DNA of 52,401 bases from a virus (IMGVR_UViG_3300044990_000705:1-52401), one strand, 5' to 3'; counted from the first letter of the stretch, positions 18,124-29,022 are shown. The notes: generated by a model from the sequence alone, not told the origin. Numbers and translations are program-made.

Positions 18124-19593
18124 ATGGAACGATCTAATGAAATGGATGAGATACTCAGGCAATGTTACTTGAGTACAAAAGTGTGCTCAAAGGTACTATT
18201 TCCTGAACGCTTTCACAGGCCATTCTCAACTTTGCATGATGAGATTTTCAAAGTTCTTGATGATGATAGTATACGCAAAGTGGTGATCGCTGCACCTCGT
18301 GGATTTGGCAAGACATCAATTGACACTATCTCATATCCAGCAAAGAAGATTTTATTTAGGGAGAAAAAGTTTATAGTCCCAGTATCGTGTACGGCAACAA
18401 GTGCTGTTATGCAAGGTGAGAACTTGAAGCGGGAGTTGCTCTACAACCCTGACATCACTCGGTTATTTGGCCCTATGAAATCTGACTCTTTCAGCAAAGA
18501 GCAGTGGGTGACACAAAGTGGTACAATGATTATGCCTCGTGGTGCAGGCCAGCAAATACGTGGTCTTCTGTTCGAGCGCTATCGACCTGACTTGATAATA
18601 GCTGATGATCTTGAAGATGCTGAAGGGGTTAAGAATGAAGAGCAAAGATTGAAGCTCAAAGAGTGGTGGTTCTCAGATGTTTGCAATAGTGTAGATCGTG
18701 GATCGAAGAACTGGAAGATCATAATGGTCGGAACTGTGCTTCATGAGGATTCATTGCTGGTGAACTTGCTTGAAGATCCTGAGTGGCATTCAGTTCACCT
18801 ATCAATCTGTGATGATGATCTTAAGAGCAATTGGCCAGATTTTATAACTGATGATGAAGTTAAAGCACTTTATGAGAGCCACAAAAATCGCACTCCAAGT
18901 CAAGTTGATCTATTTTATCGTGAGTATCGTAACATACCTATCAGTACAGAAGATGCAACATTTAAGCCAGATTATTTTAAGTATTATGATGAAGGTGAGT
19001 TTGCAAGTAGTCAGAAATCAAAGGATTGCATAACGGTAGTTATAGTCGATCCTGCTAAAACAGTGAAACTTCACAGCGCTGATAGTGCAATTATCGGTAT
19101 AAGCTTTGATCGGGAATCTAGGGCGATATACATAAGAGATGTGGATGCAGGCAAGTTTTATCCTGAGGAATTGTATGACAAAGCTATTGATATGGTGGAG
19201 AGGATTAGGGCGAGAATCATAGCGCCGGAGGTAACTTCACTTAACGAATTCATAACTCAGCCATTTCTCAACCAGCTAAAACTAAGGGGATGTTGGGCAC
19301 AGTTTGTTGAACTCAAAGCAAGGATGAAGAAGGAAGATCGTATCAGTGCGCTCGTGCCATACTATCGCCAAGGCTTTGTCTTCCATAATAAAAGTTGTTG
19401 CCAAAAACTTGAGTCGCAATTACTTAGCTATCCACGATCAAGACTGTGGGACGTGATGGATGCAGAGGCTTATATCATTGAGCTGATGGAACTTGAAGGC
19501 CAGTACTTCGACCCACCTGATATACCAGAAGATGATGAGAGTTATTTTGATCTTGAAAATGATGGAATAATAAAAGACTGGAGATTAGTTTAA
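18124..19593 (+). CDS. terL: Terminase large subunit
   Basis: Walker A APRGFGKT, QIRG..RPDLIIADDLED Walker B, VGT motif, C-terminal DPA..DSA nuclease. Confidence 0.92.
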   Translation: MERSNEMDEILRQCYLSTKVCSKVLFPERFHRPFSTLHDEIFKVLDDDSIRKVVIAAPRGFGKTSIDTISYPAKKILFREKKFIVPVSCTATSAVMQGENLKRELLYNPDITRLFGPMKSDSFSKEQWVTQSGTMIMPRGAGQQIRGLLFERYRPDLIIADDLEDAEGVKNEEQRLKLKEWWFSDVCNSVDRGSKNWKIIMVGTVLHEDSLLVNLLEDPEWHSVHLSICDDDLKSNWPDFITDDEVKALYESHKNRTPSQVDLFYREYRNIPISTEDATFKPDYFKYYDEGEFASSQKSKDCITVVIVDPAKTVKLHSADSAIIGISFDRESRAIYIRDVDAGKFYPEELYDKAIDMVERIRARIIAPEVTSLNEFITQPFLNQLKLRGCWAQFVELKARMKKEDRISALVPYYRQGFVFHNKSCCQKLESQLLSYPRSRLWDVMDAEAYIIELMELEGQYFDPPDIPEDDESYFDLENDGIIKDWRLV

Positions 19594-21608
19594 TGCCAAT
19601 TATAGATTATGGTGCTAATAATGGAAGTCCGACAAATTTCCAGGGAACGAATTTTGACTATGATTACCCTGAAGGACTTGATCTTAAGCCGGGAAGTTTG
19701 TTGCATACAAAGTTGGTGAATGAGATAAAATCTCGTGCACTTGCATCACAGCGAACTATGTCAACCCGGTATGATGCTTGGAATAATATAGATTGGACGC
19801 TTAGTGCGTATATCAATCTGGATGAAAAAGAACAGATTGTGAAAGAGAAAGATGCACGTAAGCCAACTAGCATTGTCTTCCCATATAGTTATGCTATAAT
19901 GGAAACACTGCTTGGCTATCTAGTTGCGGCATTCTTTCAAGATCCAATCTTCCGTTATGAAGGTGTATCACCTGAGGATACTCTTGGTGCTATTATGATG
20001 GAGAAGGTAATTGATCTTCACTGTAACAAAAGCAAAGTAGCACTCAACTTGCACACCCTGTTTCGTGATAATCTTGCCTATGGTTTTGGAGTTGCTGCGC
20101 CGGGGTGGGTGACTAAATATGGTCGTAGGACTGTAGCCAAGGAAAATGGAATCCAAGGTGTGCTTGGTCAACTTATTGGTGCGGGAAGTGTGAAAAGCAG
20201 TGAAGAAACGATATTATTTGAGGGGAATGAACTTAGCAATATTGATCCTTATCTGTGTTTACCAGATCCAAATGTCAGTATTCATGACCAGCAAAAGGGA
20301 GAGTTCTTTGGATGGTTAGAGAAAACCAACCTAATGAACATGCTGAGTGAAGAACGCAATAGCAAAAGCATGTTTAATGTTAAGTATTTGAAGCAAGTGC
20401 AGAATAAAAGATCCTCGCTATTTGAAGGTGACAAATCTGAACGTGAGCGAAAAACTGGATCAACATCAAGAGTTAATGATGATAATACTACAAGTCGTGT
20501 AGATAACATCCACATGTTCATAAAGCTGATTCCCAAAGATTGGAATCTTGGTGATAGTGAATATCCAGAAAAGTGGGCATTTTGTCTGAGTGCAGATGAG
20601 GTTATCACTAAGTGCAAACCCCTTGACCTCGATCATAATATGTTTCCTATTGCTATCAGCGCAAGTGACTTTGATGGTTATAGCACTACGCCAATATCAA
20701 GGATTGAGATCTTGGGCGGAATGCAAGGGATATTGGATTGGCTCTTCAATACACATATTAGCAATGTTCGCAAAGCAATAAACGACATGCTTATCGTTGA
20801 CCCTTTCTTGGTTAATGTTAAGGATATTGAAGATCCTAAACCAGGCAAGCTTATTCGTTTGCGAAGACCTGCGTGGGGAAAAGGTGTGAAAGATGCTGTA
20901 CAACAGCTTGCAGTGCAGGATGTAACAAAGGGTCATATTGCTGACTCGGCATGGATAGTGCAGTGGATGCAGAAGATCGGCGCAGCGGATGATGCAAGTA
21001 TGGGTGCGTTGAGAACTGGTGGGCCTGAGAGGTTGACAGGAAAAGAGTTTGAAGGCACCAGGGCTGGCGGGTTCACCAGGCTTGAGCGGATGGCAAGAAT
21101 TATTGCGTTGCAATCTATGCAAGACATTGGCTATATGTTTGCCTCACACACAAAGCAACTTATGAGTGAAGAGTTGTATGTCACTACCACTGGCCGGTGG
21201 CAGCAGATGTTGATGACTGAATATGGTGAACGAGTTATGGCTAATAAGATGAAGGTCTCACCCTTTGATATTCTTGTTGACTATGATGTGAAGGTAAGGG
21301 ATGGTAGTGTGCCAGGGAGCAATTATTCTGAAGTGTGGACTAAGATGTTTGAAATGATAGCTACCGAGCCAAGGCTGCAGCAGAAGTTTGACATAGTCAA
21401 AGTCTTCGAACATATAGCCAGGAACAATGGTGCGAAGAATATCGAGGAGTTTGAAATAATGCCTATGCCAGATGAACAAGTGCAACAGCAGGTGCAAGCT
21501 GGCAACATGGTTCCTTTGCAAGATGTTGCTGCACAAGAGCGATTCTTGCCTGAAGGAGCACAGAATATTCTTAATGGAATTACAAGTGCAGGTTATTTAC
21601 AAGGATAA
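19593..21608 (+). CDS. Portal protein
   Basis: 671 aa directly after TerL; podovirus portal-like size and position. Confidence 0.8.
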   Translation: MPIIDYGANNGSPTNFQGTNFDYDYPEGLDLKPGSLLHTKLVNEIKSRALASQRTMSTRYDAWNNIDWTLSAYINLDEKEQIVKEKDARKPTSIVFPYSYAIMETLLGYLVAAFFQDPIFRYEGVSPEDTLGAIMMEKVIDLHCNKSKVALNLHTLFRDNLAYGFGVAAPGWVTKYGRRTVAKENGIQGVLGQLIGAGSVKSSEETILFEGNELSNIDPYLCLPDPNVSIHDQQKGEFFGWLEKTNLMNMLSEERNSKSMFNVKYLKQVQNKRSSLFEGDKSERERKTGSTSRVNDDNTTSRVDNIHMFIKLIPKDWNLGDSEYPEKWAFCLSADEVITKCKPLDLDHNMFPIAISASDFDGYSTTPISRIEILGGMQGILDWLFNTHISNVRKAINDMLIVDPFLVNVKDIEDPKPGKLIRLRRPAWGKGVKDAVQQLAVQDVTKGHIADSAWIVQWMQKIGAADDASMGALRTGGPERLTGKEFEGTRAGGFTRLERMARIIALQSMQDIGYMFASHTKQLMSEELYVTTTGRWQQMLMTEYGERVMANKMKVSPFDILVDYDVKVRDGSVPGSNYSEVWTKMFEMIATEPRLQQKFDIVKVFEHIARNNGAKNIEEFEIMPMPDEQVQQQVQAGNMVPLQDVAAQERFLPEGAQNILNGITSAGYLQG

Positions 21609-21610
21609 TT

Positions 21611-21817
21611 ATGCTAACCAAAAGTGAACTTGAAAGATTTATAGATGATCCAGTGTGGAAAGTTTTTAGAGAAGAGTTACAATCTATCCACGCTAATGTT
21701 ATGGCGAGTATACTATGTATGGATGAACCACTTCAGATCTATCGGGCACAAGGAAGATCCGAAGTGCTGATCGATATGATGAAGTGGCCTGAGATGCAGC
21801 TTGAAGAGCTTGACTAA
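21611..21817 (+). CDS. Small hypothetical protein (post-portal)
   Basis: 68 aa with a YRAQG motif typical of this position. Confidence 0.6.
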   Translation: MLTKSELERFIDDPVWKVFREELQSIHANVMASILCMDEPLQIYRAQGRSEVLIDMMKWPEMQLEELD

Positions 21818-21840
21818 CTATGTTTAAAAAATGAACAAAG
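21818..21840. repeat. 23-bp palindromic motif, copy 8
   Basis: ctatgtttaaaaaatgaacaaag, directly after TAA and merging into AAAGGAG. Confidence 0.9.
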
Positions 21841-21852
21841 GAGAGTGATCTA

Positions 21853-22698
21853 ATGGAAACTGATGAAAGCCAAAAGGAACAAGTCGATAGTATGTTGTCT
21901 GACTTTTTTCCATCTTCTGAACAACCTGTTGAAGAACCTGTTGCTGAGGAGCCAGCGGATGAAACGAAAGGGGAAGAAAGCCAAGCTGATGAAGGAGAGA
22001 CAACAAAAGAAGAAGTTACTGATATTGAAGATAAAGAAAGAAAAGAAACACCTGCAGAGATCACGCCAGTAGCAGAAGAAGTCCAAGTTGCTGATGATGA
22101 GATCACCACAATCAAGAAGCAGAATGAAATCTTGATGCAGAGGATAGAGGAATTATCTGGCAAGATCATGGAGCCAGCGAAAGTTGCTGAACCACAAGTG
22201 CAAGAGAGCCAGACAAATCCAAGTGTTTATGATATCATAGGTGACAACGATATAGATGATGTGCTGGCGAGTAAAGAGCTTTTCAACTCTGCTATCTCAA
22301 AAGCTATGAAAATGGCTGAAGAGAGTGCTGTGCAGAAGATCTTCACCAGCTTACCTCACATCGTGATGAAGCAGATGCAACAGCAGTTCACTATCAAGCA
22401 GGCCACAGATGAGTTCTATCGTGATAACCCAGACCTTGAACCAGTGAAGAAAACTGTGGCGGCTGTAGCGAATGAAATTTATAGTACAAATCCACAACTT
22501 TCAGTTGTAGAAATATTCCAAAAATCAGCAGAGAAAACAAGGGAGATATTAGGCCTTCGGAAACAAGCGACAAGATTAGTCAACGAGCAGGGAAGGATGC
22601 CGGAGTTGGTGAAAAGAACGCAGGGGAATAGAGAGAAAATGAAGATTCCTAATGTAGATAAAATGCAGCAGGAATTGTCGGATTTACTTAATTTCTAA
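21853..22698 (+). CDS. Capsid scaffolding protein
   Basis: Acidic, helical, located between portal and capsid genes. Confidence 0.7.
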   Translation: METDESQKEQVDSMLSDFFPSSEQPVEEPVAEEPADETKGEESQADEGETTKEEVTDIEDKERKETPAEITPVAEEVQVADDEITTIKKQNEILMQRIEELSGKIMEPAKVAEPQVQESQTNPSVYDIIGDNDIDDVLASKELFNSAISKAMKMAEESAVQKIFTSLPHIVMKQMQQQFTIKQATDEFYRDNPDLEPVKKTVAAVANEIYSTNPQLSVVEIFQKSAEKTREILGLRKQATRLVNEQGRMPELVKRTQGNREKMKIPNVDKMQQELSDLLNF

Positions 22699-22713
22699 TT
22701 GGAGGTATTTTAA

Positions 22714-23082
22714 ATGGAAAGACGTCATGAAAGAATTAATAGTGATATGCTGGACAGCTCTAGAGGATTTAATGGTCTTGTGATTAATCTTACCACAGCT
22801 GTTCCTACATATCAAATGAAGGCTGTAGATCAGAATATCAGAGCAACTTCTGATGTGGCTGATGCTTCTGGTATTATCACGTTACCTAGTATGGCTGAGG
22901 CATGTGGGAAGTTCTATTATATCAGTGCTCCTACCGGTGCTGCTGGTGGTGATATCTCGCTGTATGTGAAAGAAACAGCGACTGAGCTTACCACTGTTGG
23001 TGACTTGGATGCTGATGGAGATTGGGTTATGCTGTTCTGTGATGGCTATGCTTGGAGAACAATTACCAGTGGTGTAGCATAA
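22714..23082 (+). CDS. Hypothetical head-associated protein
   Basis: 122 aa, GGAGG RBS. Confidence 0.6.
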   Translation: MERRHERINSDMLDSSRGFNGLVINLTTAVPTYQMKAVDQNIRATSDVADASGIITLPSMAEACGKFYYISAPTGAAGGDISLYVKETATELTTVGDLDADGDWVMLFCDGYAWRTITSGVA

Positions 23083-23092
23083 GGAGGTTTGA

Positions 23093-23629
23093 ATGTTTAA
23101 TACTAAAGCTTTATCAAAAAGACTTCATGTGATTGAGACAAAGTTGGCAACTGTGGATGCTCTTCTCGATTACAAAGGTTGGCAGTGTTTGGAAAAATCT
23201 GATGGCACAGTGCCAGCAAATACAACTGATAGTCTATTCACAATTGCTGGAGGTCCTATTCATGCCAGGATTTTTGGGATTGTAACTACCGTCATTGGCG
23301 CTACTGCGGCAAATGGTACTTTGCAAATGACTACTACTAGTCCATCTGCCACTGTGGCAATCAGTACTGCTGTATCAGTTGCAAGTGCTGCGGCTGGTAG
23401 TGCAATTCACTTTGCAACTGTGGCTGCTGGCACTGTTCCAGTTTTGACTATCACTGCAAATGGTATTAACTGGTATGATCCTGCCACAGCTACAAAATTG
23501 CCAGCTGAGTTCTTCTTGCCGCCTGGGACTATTAAGTTTCATAGTTCTGCTGCAAACACTGGTAATATCAAATGGTACTTGTCATTTGTGCCTCTTTCTA
23601 CTAACACTGTAGTAACTGTTGCTGATTAA
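23093..23629 (+). CDS. Hypothetical head decoration-like protein
   Basis: 178 aa A/T-rich beta protein, AGGAGG RBS. Confidence 0.55.
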   Translation: MFNTKALSKRLHVIETKLATVDALLDYKGWQCLEKSDGTVPANTTDSLFTIAGGPIHARIFGIVTTVIGATAANGTLQMTTTSPSATVAISTAVSVASAAAGSAIHFATVAAGTVPVLTITANGINWYDPATATKLPAEFFLPPGTIKFHSSAANTGNIKWYLSFVPLSTNTVVTVAD

Positions 23630-23651
23630 TTTTTGAAAGGAGATTTATAGA

Positions 23652-24938
23652 ATGAACGGATTCTTAGGTATGCGTGGTACTGGTAATTGGGGAACAGATG
23701 AAAGACCTACTAACTTTCGTGAAGGGATTTTGTATCTGTATCCTAATGGGGAAATGCCTCTTACAGGTATTATGAGTAAAATGGGATCGGAGAAGGTTGA
23801 TGACCCGCAGTTCAGCTGGTGGACTAAGGGTTTGCCAGAACAGGCTGGGACAGTTGCAGATGTTTACACTGATGCAGCGTTGTCAACTGCTTATACCACT
23901 GGCGGTGCTGTTGGTGATGTGCTTTATGCGAAAGTAGCTGCAGCTGTTGAGAGCGAGATTCGTATAGGTCATATGGTTATGCTACGTAATACTGCGAACT
24001 ATCTCGATGATACCAGAGCGAAAGTTGTGGCAACGCTGAGCAACGGCGCAAGTTCTTACATTGCGTGTAAGTTGCTGCAGGCCGATCCTACCACCAATGG
24101 CATTGCTGATGTTAATCGGATCTTGGTAATTGGTAGTGTGAACCCGGAAGGTGGAGCTATGCCTTCTGCTATCAGCTACAGCCCGACCAAGTTTTATAAC
24201 TACACTCAAATCTTCCGCACTTCACTAAGTATCACTCGTACTGCCAGACTTACCAAGTTACGGACGAAGGCTCAGTATGAAGAAAGCAAACGTGAGGCAC
24301 TCCAGCTGCATGGTATTGAGATGGAGAAAGCCTTCTTGTGGTCTGTTAAGAGCGAGTTGACAGGTGCTAATGGAAAGCCTGAGAGAACTACTGATGGTAT
24401 TATTCCTTTTATGCTTGCTAATGGTGCAGTTAATTCTGACTTTTCCACTTCAAGCGATTTCACCAATAGCTATTGGGTAGATAAAGGTGAGGAATGGTTG
24501 GATACCCAGTTGGAGACCTTATTCCGCTATGGTTCCAGCGAACGTCTTGCGATTTGTGGTAGTGGTGTTATCCTTGGCATTAACAAGCTGGTTAAGGCTT
24601 ATGGTAACTACACTTTTACCCCACAGACCAAGAGCTATGGTATTAAAGTAATGGAATGGGTTACTCCGTTTGGTACTATTTATATGAAAACTCACCCGTT
24701 GTTTTCGTATGAAACAACTAACCGCAACAGCATGGTCTGCTTGGATATGAGTAATTTGAAGTATAAGTATATTACTGATACTACATTTTATGCTGATGCT
24801 GAAAAGCAGAACACTGGGCGGAATAGGATTGATGGCACAGATGAGGAATATCTGACTGAGTGTGGTCTTGAGATTCATCATCCTACCACATTTGCGTACC
24901 TGAGTGGCTTTAACACTGACAATGGCACTCCGGCGTAA
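23652..24938 (+). CDS. Major capsid protein (SU10/DUF5309-like)
   Basis: NYTQIFR..SITRT..EMEKAFLW..TDGI..TPFG motifs; strong RBS; followed by a terminator. Confidence 0.85.
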   Translation: MNGFLGMRGTGNWGTDERPTNFREGILYLYPNGEMPLTGIMSKMGSEKVDDPQFSWWTKGLPEQAGTVADVYTDAALSTAYTTGGAVGDVLYAKVAAAVESEIRIGHMVMLRNTANYLDDTRAKVVATLSNGASSYIACKLLQADPTTNGIADVNRILVIGSVNPEGGAMPSAISYSPTKFYNYTQIFRTSLSITRTARLTKLRTKAQYEESKREALQLHGIEMEKAFLWSVKSELTGANGKPERTTDGIIPFMLANGAVNSDFSTSSDFTNSYWVDKGEEWLDTQLETLFRYGSSERLAICGSGVILGINKLVKAYGNYTFTPQTKSYGIKVMEWVTPFGTIYMKTHPLFSYETTNRNSMVCLDMSNLKYKYITDTTFYADAEKQNTGRNRIDGTDEEYLTECGLEIHHPTTFAYLSGFNTDNGTPA

Positions 24939-24951
24939 CAACTAACTCATG

Positions 24952-24992
24952 GTGACAGATGCTGTGGTGGTCTGTCACTATGTTCAATTTTT
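24952..24992 (+). terminator. Putative intrinsic terminator after the capsid gene
   Basis: gtgacaga/tctgtcac 8-bp stem followed by T-rich sequence. Confidence 0.5.
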
Positions 24993-25000
24993 AAACAGAG
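24978..25000. repeat. 23-bp palindromic motif, copy 9
   Basis: ctatgttcaatttttaaacagag. Confidence 0.88.
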
Positions 25001-25010
25001 TGGAGGATAA

Positions 25011-25736
25011 ATGACACTTGTTGAGCTGAGAAGAAAGTTTGTGGAGCTTAGTGGAAGGTATGATCTGGTGTCGAATACCTCTACCTGGGCAGATAATGGA
25101 GCAGATTTTTTCATAAATGCTGGACAGAATTATCTGGATAGGTTGCTAACTGTGCCAGAAACCAAAGCAACATTGTTTTTTGCTTTGGCTAGTGGCCAAT
25201 ATGCTATCACATTCCAACAGAGATGCAGAGCGATTTTGGAAGTTTGGGTTAATAATAGTGAAGAACGTGTGTTGCTGGAAAAATGCTCGCTGAAAGATCT
25301 TAAAGAATATTATAGTGGATTAGTATCTGCTGCTGAAGTTGGCCAACCTTTGTATTATGCTCCAGCAAATATGAGAGCTCTTGAAACAACAGCACAAAAT
25401 TCACTTGGCACATTCTTGGGATTAAACAATGCTGAGACAGATGCAAAGTATAACTATCGTGGGATCATAGTTGCTCCGCCCTGTGATAGTGATTATGTAG
25501 TTGAAGTGCTTGGAATGTTTAACCAGGCAGTTTTATCTGATGATGATCAAGAGAACTATTGGACTCTTGAGGTTCCAGAGCTATTGCTGAAAGCTGCTCT
25601 CTATCAGCTTGAAATATTCTATCGTAACACTGAAGGTGCTAATGATTGGCTTAGGGCGATTCAGCTTGAAGTTGATGGATTAGACAAAGATAATGTGGAA
25701 GAAGAAATTTCAGACCTTGATGATATGGGAGATTGA
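25011..25736 (+). CDS. Head-tail adaptor / tail tubular protein
   Basis: FINAGQ..L and PELLLKAAL motifs; position after the capsid gene. Confidence 0.7.
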   Translation: MTLVELRRKFVELSGRYDLVSNTSTWADNGADFFINAGQNYLDRLLTVPETKATLFFALASGQYAITFQQRCRAILEVWVNNSEERVLLEKCSLKDLKEYYSGLVSAAEVGQPLYYAPANMRALETTAQNSLGTFLGLNNAETDAKYNYRGIIVAPPCDSDYVVEVLGMFNQAVLSDDDQENYWTLEVPELLLKAALYQLEIFYRNTEGANDWLRAIQLEVDGLDKDNVEEEISDLDDMGD

Positions 25737-25737
25737 G

Positions 25738-27198
25738 ATGAAAGAGTTTGAAAGTTCTTACAATGATATTGCCAGAGGGCTAAAGGCATTTGGAAGTGGG
25801 AAAGAAGCTGGTTTGCAAGATTGCTACAATGCTATGCCTATGGGAGATGAAGGGCTACTTCCACATGAAGAAGTTCAGAGTATTTTGGTTAACTCAAGCT
25901 ATGATGGAGAGTGGCAGATTAACTGGCCGTGGCCACAAGTGGTGTTTGGATCATACTACACCATTGGCTTTGCTCCACTAAATGGCTATGTGAATTTGTT
26001 TGAGATGTATTATGATGGAGAGAATTGGTCAGTAGATCAAATGACTATGATAGCACCAACAGAGAACATAGACCAAGTTGATGTAATTGACTTTGGGCAG
26101 TTTTATGGGGTGAGTTGCTTTGGATATGATAGTGATGAAATTCCAACTATCCAAACCATGATTAGATTTCCAGGCATAGAAAAACCACAAGAACAAATAT
26201 CCCTTGCTTCAGACTATAATGATGTTTCTTATGACTATCTTGTGCCGAAATATCCAAAGTTTATTTGTGGGTGCAACTTCAATGGCCAAGCAGTTGTAGG
26301 TGGGATATTGTCAGATCTTCCTATGTGGAGTGAGCGTGGTTTGCATTCTGTTTGTTGGAGTGATATAGGAACATTTGACTTCAACATAGAGCGTGGTAGG
26401 ACAGCGGGTTTTGCTGACATGGATTGGGGAGTTAATGGGCAAGGGATAGTTTACAAGGTAATGAAAGTTGGAAATGCAGTTGGAGTGTTTGGCTCTGGAG
26501 GGATTTCAATCTTGTTACCAGTAAGCGAGCCTATGGTTACTTTTGGTAAAAAGAACATATCATTTCTGGGAATATCAAGTGGTAATCACATAGCTGGAGA
26601 TGACTCACTTGTGATTTTTGTAGATCATAGGCGCGAACTATGGATGATGGATAGCAAGTTTAGCATGAAAAAACTTGGCTATCGAGATTGGCTTTTGGAT
26701 TTGGATAGTGATTTCAAAATATCTTATGTTCCAGAAAAGAAAAGATTTTTTATCTCGGATAGAAATACTTGCTATGTGTTAACAGAGAGTGGACTTTATT
26801 CTTGTCATCAGAGAACACCAGCAGTTGGTGTTTATCAAGGTGGGTTGTGGGGAATAGTAGATGATTCTGGTAACTATGAATGGCGGGTTGAGACAGATGA
26901 GATTGATTTTAAGCAAAGAGCATTTAAGACTTTGCAATTCATAGAAGCTCATGGAGCAAGTGAGCAGACAGAGGCATTAGTTAAATATAAGAATAATGTT
27001 TCTGATGATTTTAAAGAGTTAACATGGAAAAAACTTAACAAAAATGGGATAGTTTTTTATCCAGTTTCTGGTAGTGATTTTAAAATATCTCTTAGAGGTA
27101 TGGACTATAGGGGTAGTGATTATTTACTAACTAATCTGAAAGTACGAGTGAAGCAGACTGATAAGAGAAACATAAGAGGACTTTATAATGCTAACTAA
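25738..27198 (+). CDS. Tail nozzle / packaged-DNA stabilisation protein
   Basis: Beta-propeller-like, WSDIG motif; podovirus synteny; ATG at 25738. Confidence 0.6.
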   Translation: MKEFESSYNDIARGLKAFGSGKEAGLQDCYNAMPMGDEGLLPHEEVQSILVNSSYDGEWQINWPWPQVVFGSYYTIGFAPLNGYVNLFEMYYDGENWSVDQMTMIAPTENIDQVDVIDFGQFYGVSCFGYDSDEIPTIQTMIRFPGIEKPQEQISLASDYNDVSYDYLVPKYPKFICGCNFNGQAVVGGILSDLPMWSERGLHSVCWSDIGTFDFNIERGRTAGFADMDWGVNGQGIVYKVMKVGNAVGVFGSGGISILLPVSEPMVTFGKKNISFLGISSGNHIAGDDSLVIFVDHRRELWMMDSKFSMKKLGYRDWLLDLDSDFKISYVPEKKRFFISDRNTCYVLTESGLYSCHQRTPAVGVYQGGLWGIVDDSGNYEWRVETDEIDFKQRAFKTLQFIEAHGASEQTEALVKYKNNVSDDFKELTWKKLNKNGIVFYPVSGSDFKISLRGMDYRGSDYLLTNLKVRVKQTDKRNIRGLYNAN

Positions 27199-27619
27199 AA
27201 TTCTCCCAGACCAAGTTGCCAGTTATTGGGACTCGATTTCATTTGCAGTAGCTAACTCTATGCCTCCATTTGTGAAGGTAGATGAAGTTTACATGAGCAA
27301 CATCCTGAGTGCATTGCTGGTTGGCGATCTGGAGTGTTGGATTAGTACAAACTCCAGCGGCAAGATTGATGCGATAGCAACTACGCAATTTCTAGTGGAT
27401 GCCGCAAGCCAGTTGAAAACACTTTTGATTTACTCTGCTTATAGATCATCTGAAGTTATTGAAGACCAGAGTTGGATAACTGCATTTCAGACAATTAGTG
27501 AGTATGCGAGAAATAGTGGTTGCTGTGCAATAGCTTGCTATACAACAGTAGATAAAATCATCCAGCAAGCATTGAAGTTTGGTGGACAGTTACAGACATT
27601 TATAACTTTTAATATCTAA
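27188..27619 (+). CDS. Hypothetical protein (GNAT-fold-like, podovirus tail region)
   Basis: 143 aa; synteny; YARNSGC..I motif. Confidence 0.45.
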   Translation: MLTKILPDQVASYWDSISFAVANSMPPFVKVDEVYMSNILSALLVGDLECWISTNSSGKIDAIATTQFLVDAASQLKTLLIYSAYRSSEVIEDQSWITAFQTISEYARNSGCCAIACYTTVDKIIQQALKFGGQLQTFITFNI

Positions 27620-27626
27620 GGAGGTT

Positions 27627-28985
27627 GTGATGGGATCAAGTGGTGGTGGGAGTTCAAGTGGAGCTATATCATATCCTCTTTATATGACACAGTACCATGA
27701 GGCATGGTTACAGGAAGTTCAAGCCGATGTTCATTTGATTACGAAGAATGGAGATACAAGGAATCCTTTTGCTGGTGTGAGTTGCTTTGAGCCGACTCCT
27801 TATCTTATAGCTATTGGTACTGAAGCAGCAAGACAAATGACTCAGATGATTAATTTTTCTCCTGGTGTAAAATACAATGAGTGGTATCCAGGTATAAAAG
27901 GTAGGATGGAAGCGTTGCCTTCTTACATACTTGCTAAGGAGGGCATAGATAACCTTGACACAAAACTTGCTGCAATTAACCCAACTGCCGATTGGGGAGC
28001 AGCAGTTGATATGTCAATAGCAGAGGTTGAAGACACAGATTATGATGCTATAATTACAGCACTTGAGGATTTTAAAGCTGCTTTGACAGCTTTCACAGTG
28101 CCTGAGACATGGACAAGTGATGCAGCTGTGGTTAAGGCAGGGATAGAGACAATAGAATCTGATGAGAACTATAATGATGATGCTATGGCATATGCGAAAG
28201 TTCTTGAGGATAATATAGTCAATAATACTTTGCCACGATTCAAAGGTGGTATGCGAGATGTTAATGCAGCTATGAGTTCGGCCTTTGTAGTGGGAGAGAG
28301 TATTATCTGGGGAATGATGGATAGGGATGTGGCTAAGTATCTTGCGGGGCTGAAAGAGAAGAACATTGGATTCAGATATGAGTTATTTAAGAGTGGTCTG
28401 GATCAGTTGATAAAGATGCACGAGCTGGAGCTTGGCACACATGGAAATGAGGTAGCGCAGAAACTTGCTTTGTTTACAAAGAAGTGGGAGATTAATGTCT
28501 CTAATGTGAATGAGATTATAAAGTTCATAAATAGCAAGATAGAACATTTGAAGAATAGAAGTGCAGTTGCTAATCAGTTTTATGGACTTTTTAATGATTC
28601 ACTTGATAAGACAGTATTGTATGGACTTGATAGTGAGTTTAGGAGTGTGCAAGAATATAGGCAAGCAGTGGATATGTTAGTTAAGATTGATAGCTTGACT
28701 ATGGTAGCTTATAAGGAAAAGATAACTGAGCAAGCTGCGCTTAGGGAAAGTGAGTGGCTTTGGAATTTGAAGTTGTATCAGTATTATGGAAACTTGCTTG
28801 CATCAATTGGAAGTGGAACAGCTATCAATCCACCGAGTGAAGCGAACAAAACTAAAACTGCTATTGGTACAGCAATAAGTGGGGCAGGTATAGGTGGCAT
28901 GATTGCCAGTGGGACAGCAGTTGGAGGGCCGCTTGGAGCAGGTATTGGCGCAGTGTTAGGGCTTGGTTTAGGTTTACTTGGATAA
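27627..28985 (+). CDS. Putative DNA ejection (internal virion) protein
   Basis: MGSSGGGSS N-terminus, helical body, glycine-zipper C-terminus. Confidence 0.6.
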   Translation: MMGSSGGGSSSGAISYPLYMTQYHEAWLQEVQADVHLITKNGDTRNPFAGVSCFEPTPYLIAIGTEAARQMTQMINFSPGVKYNEWYPGIKGRMEALPSYILAKEGIDNLDTKLAAINPTADWGAAVDMSIAEVEDTDYDAIITALEDFKAALTAFTVPETWTSDAAVVKAGIETIESDENYNDDAMAYAKVLEDNIVNNTLPRFKGGMRDVNAAMSSAFVVGESIIWGMMDRDVAKYLAGLKEKNIGFRYELFKSGLDQLIKMHELELGTHGNEVAQKLALFTKKWEINVSNVNEIIKFINSKIEHLKNRSAVANQFYGLFNDSLDKTVLYGLDSEFRSVQEYRQAVDMLVKIDSLTMVAYKEKITEQAALRESEWLWNLKLYQYYGNLLASIGSGTAINPPSEANKTKTAIGTAISGAGIGGMIASGTAVGGPLGAGIGAVLGLGLGLLG

Positions 28986-28987
28986 CC

Positions 28988-29010
28988 CTTTGTTTAAAAA
29001 ATGAACATAG
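28988..29010. repeat. 23-bp palindromic motif, copy 10
   Basis: ctttgtttaaaaaatgaacatag. Confidence 0.9.
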
Positions 29011-29022
29011 TTGGAGGTTCTA

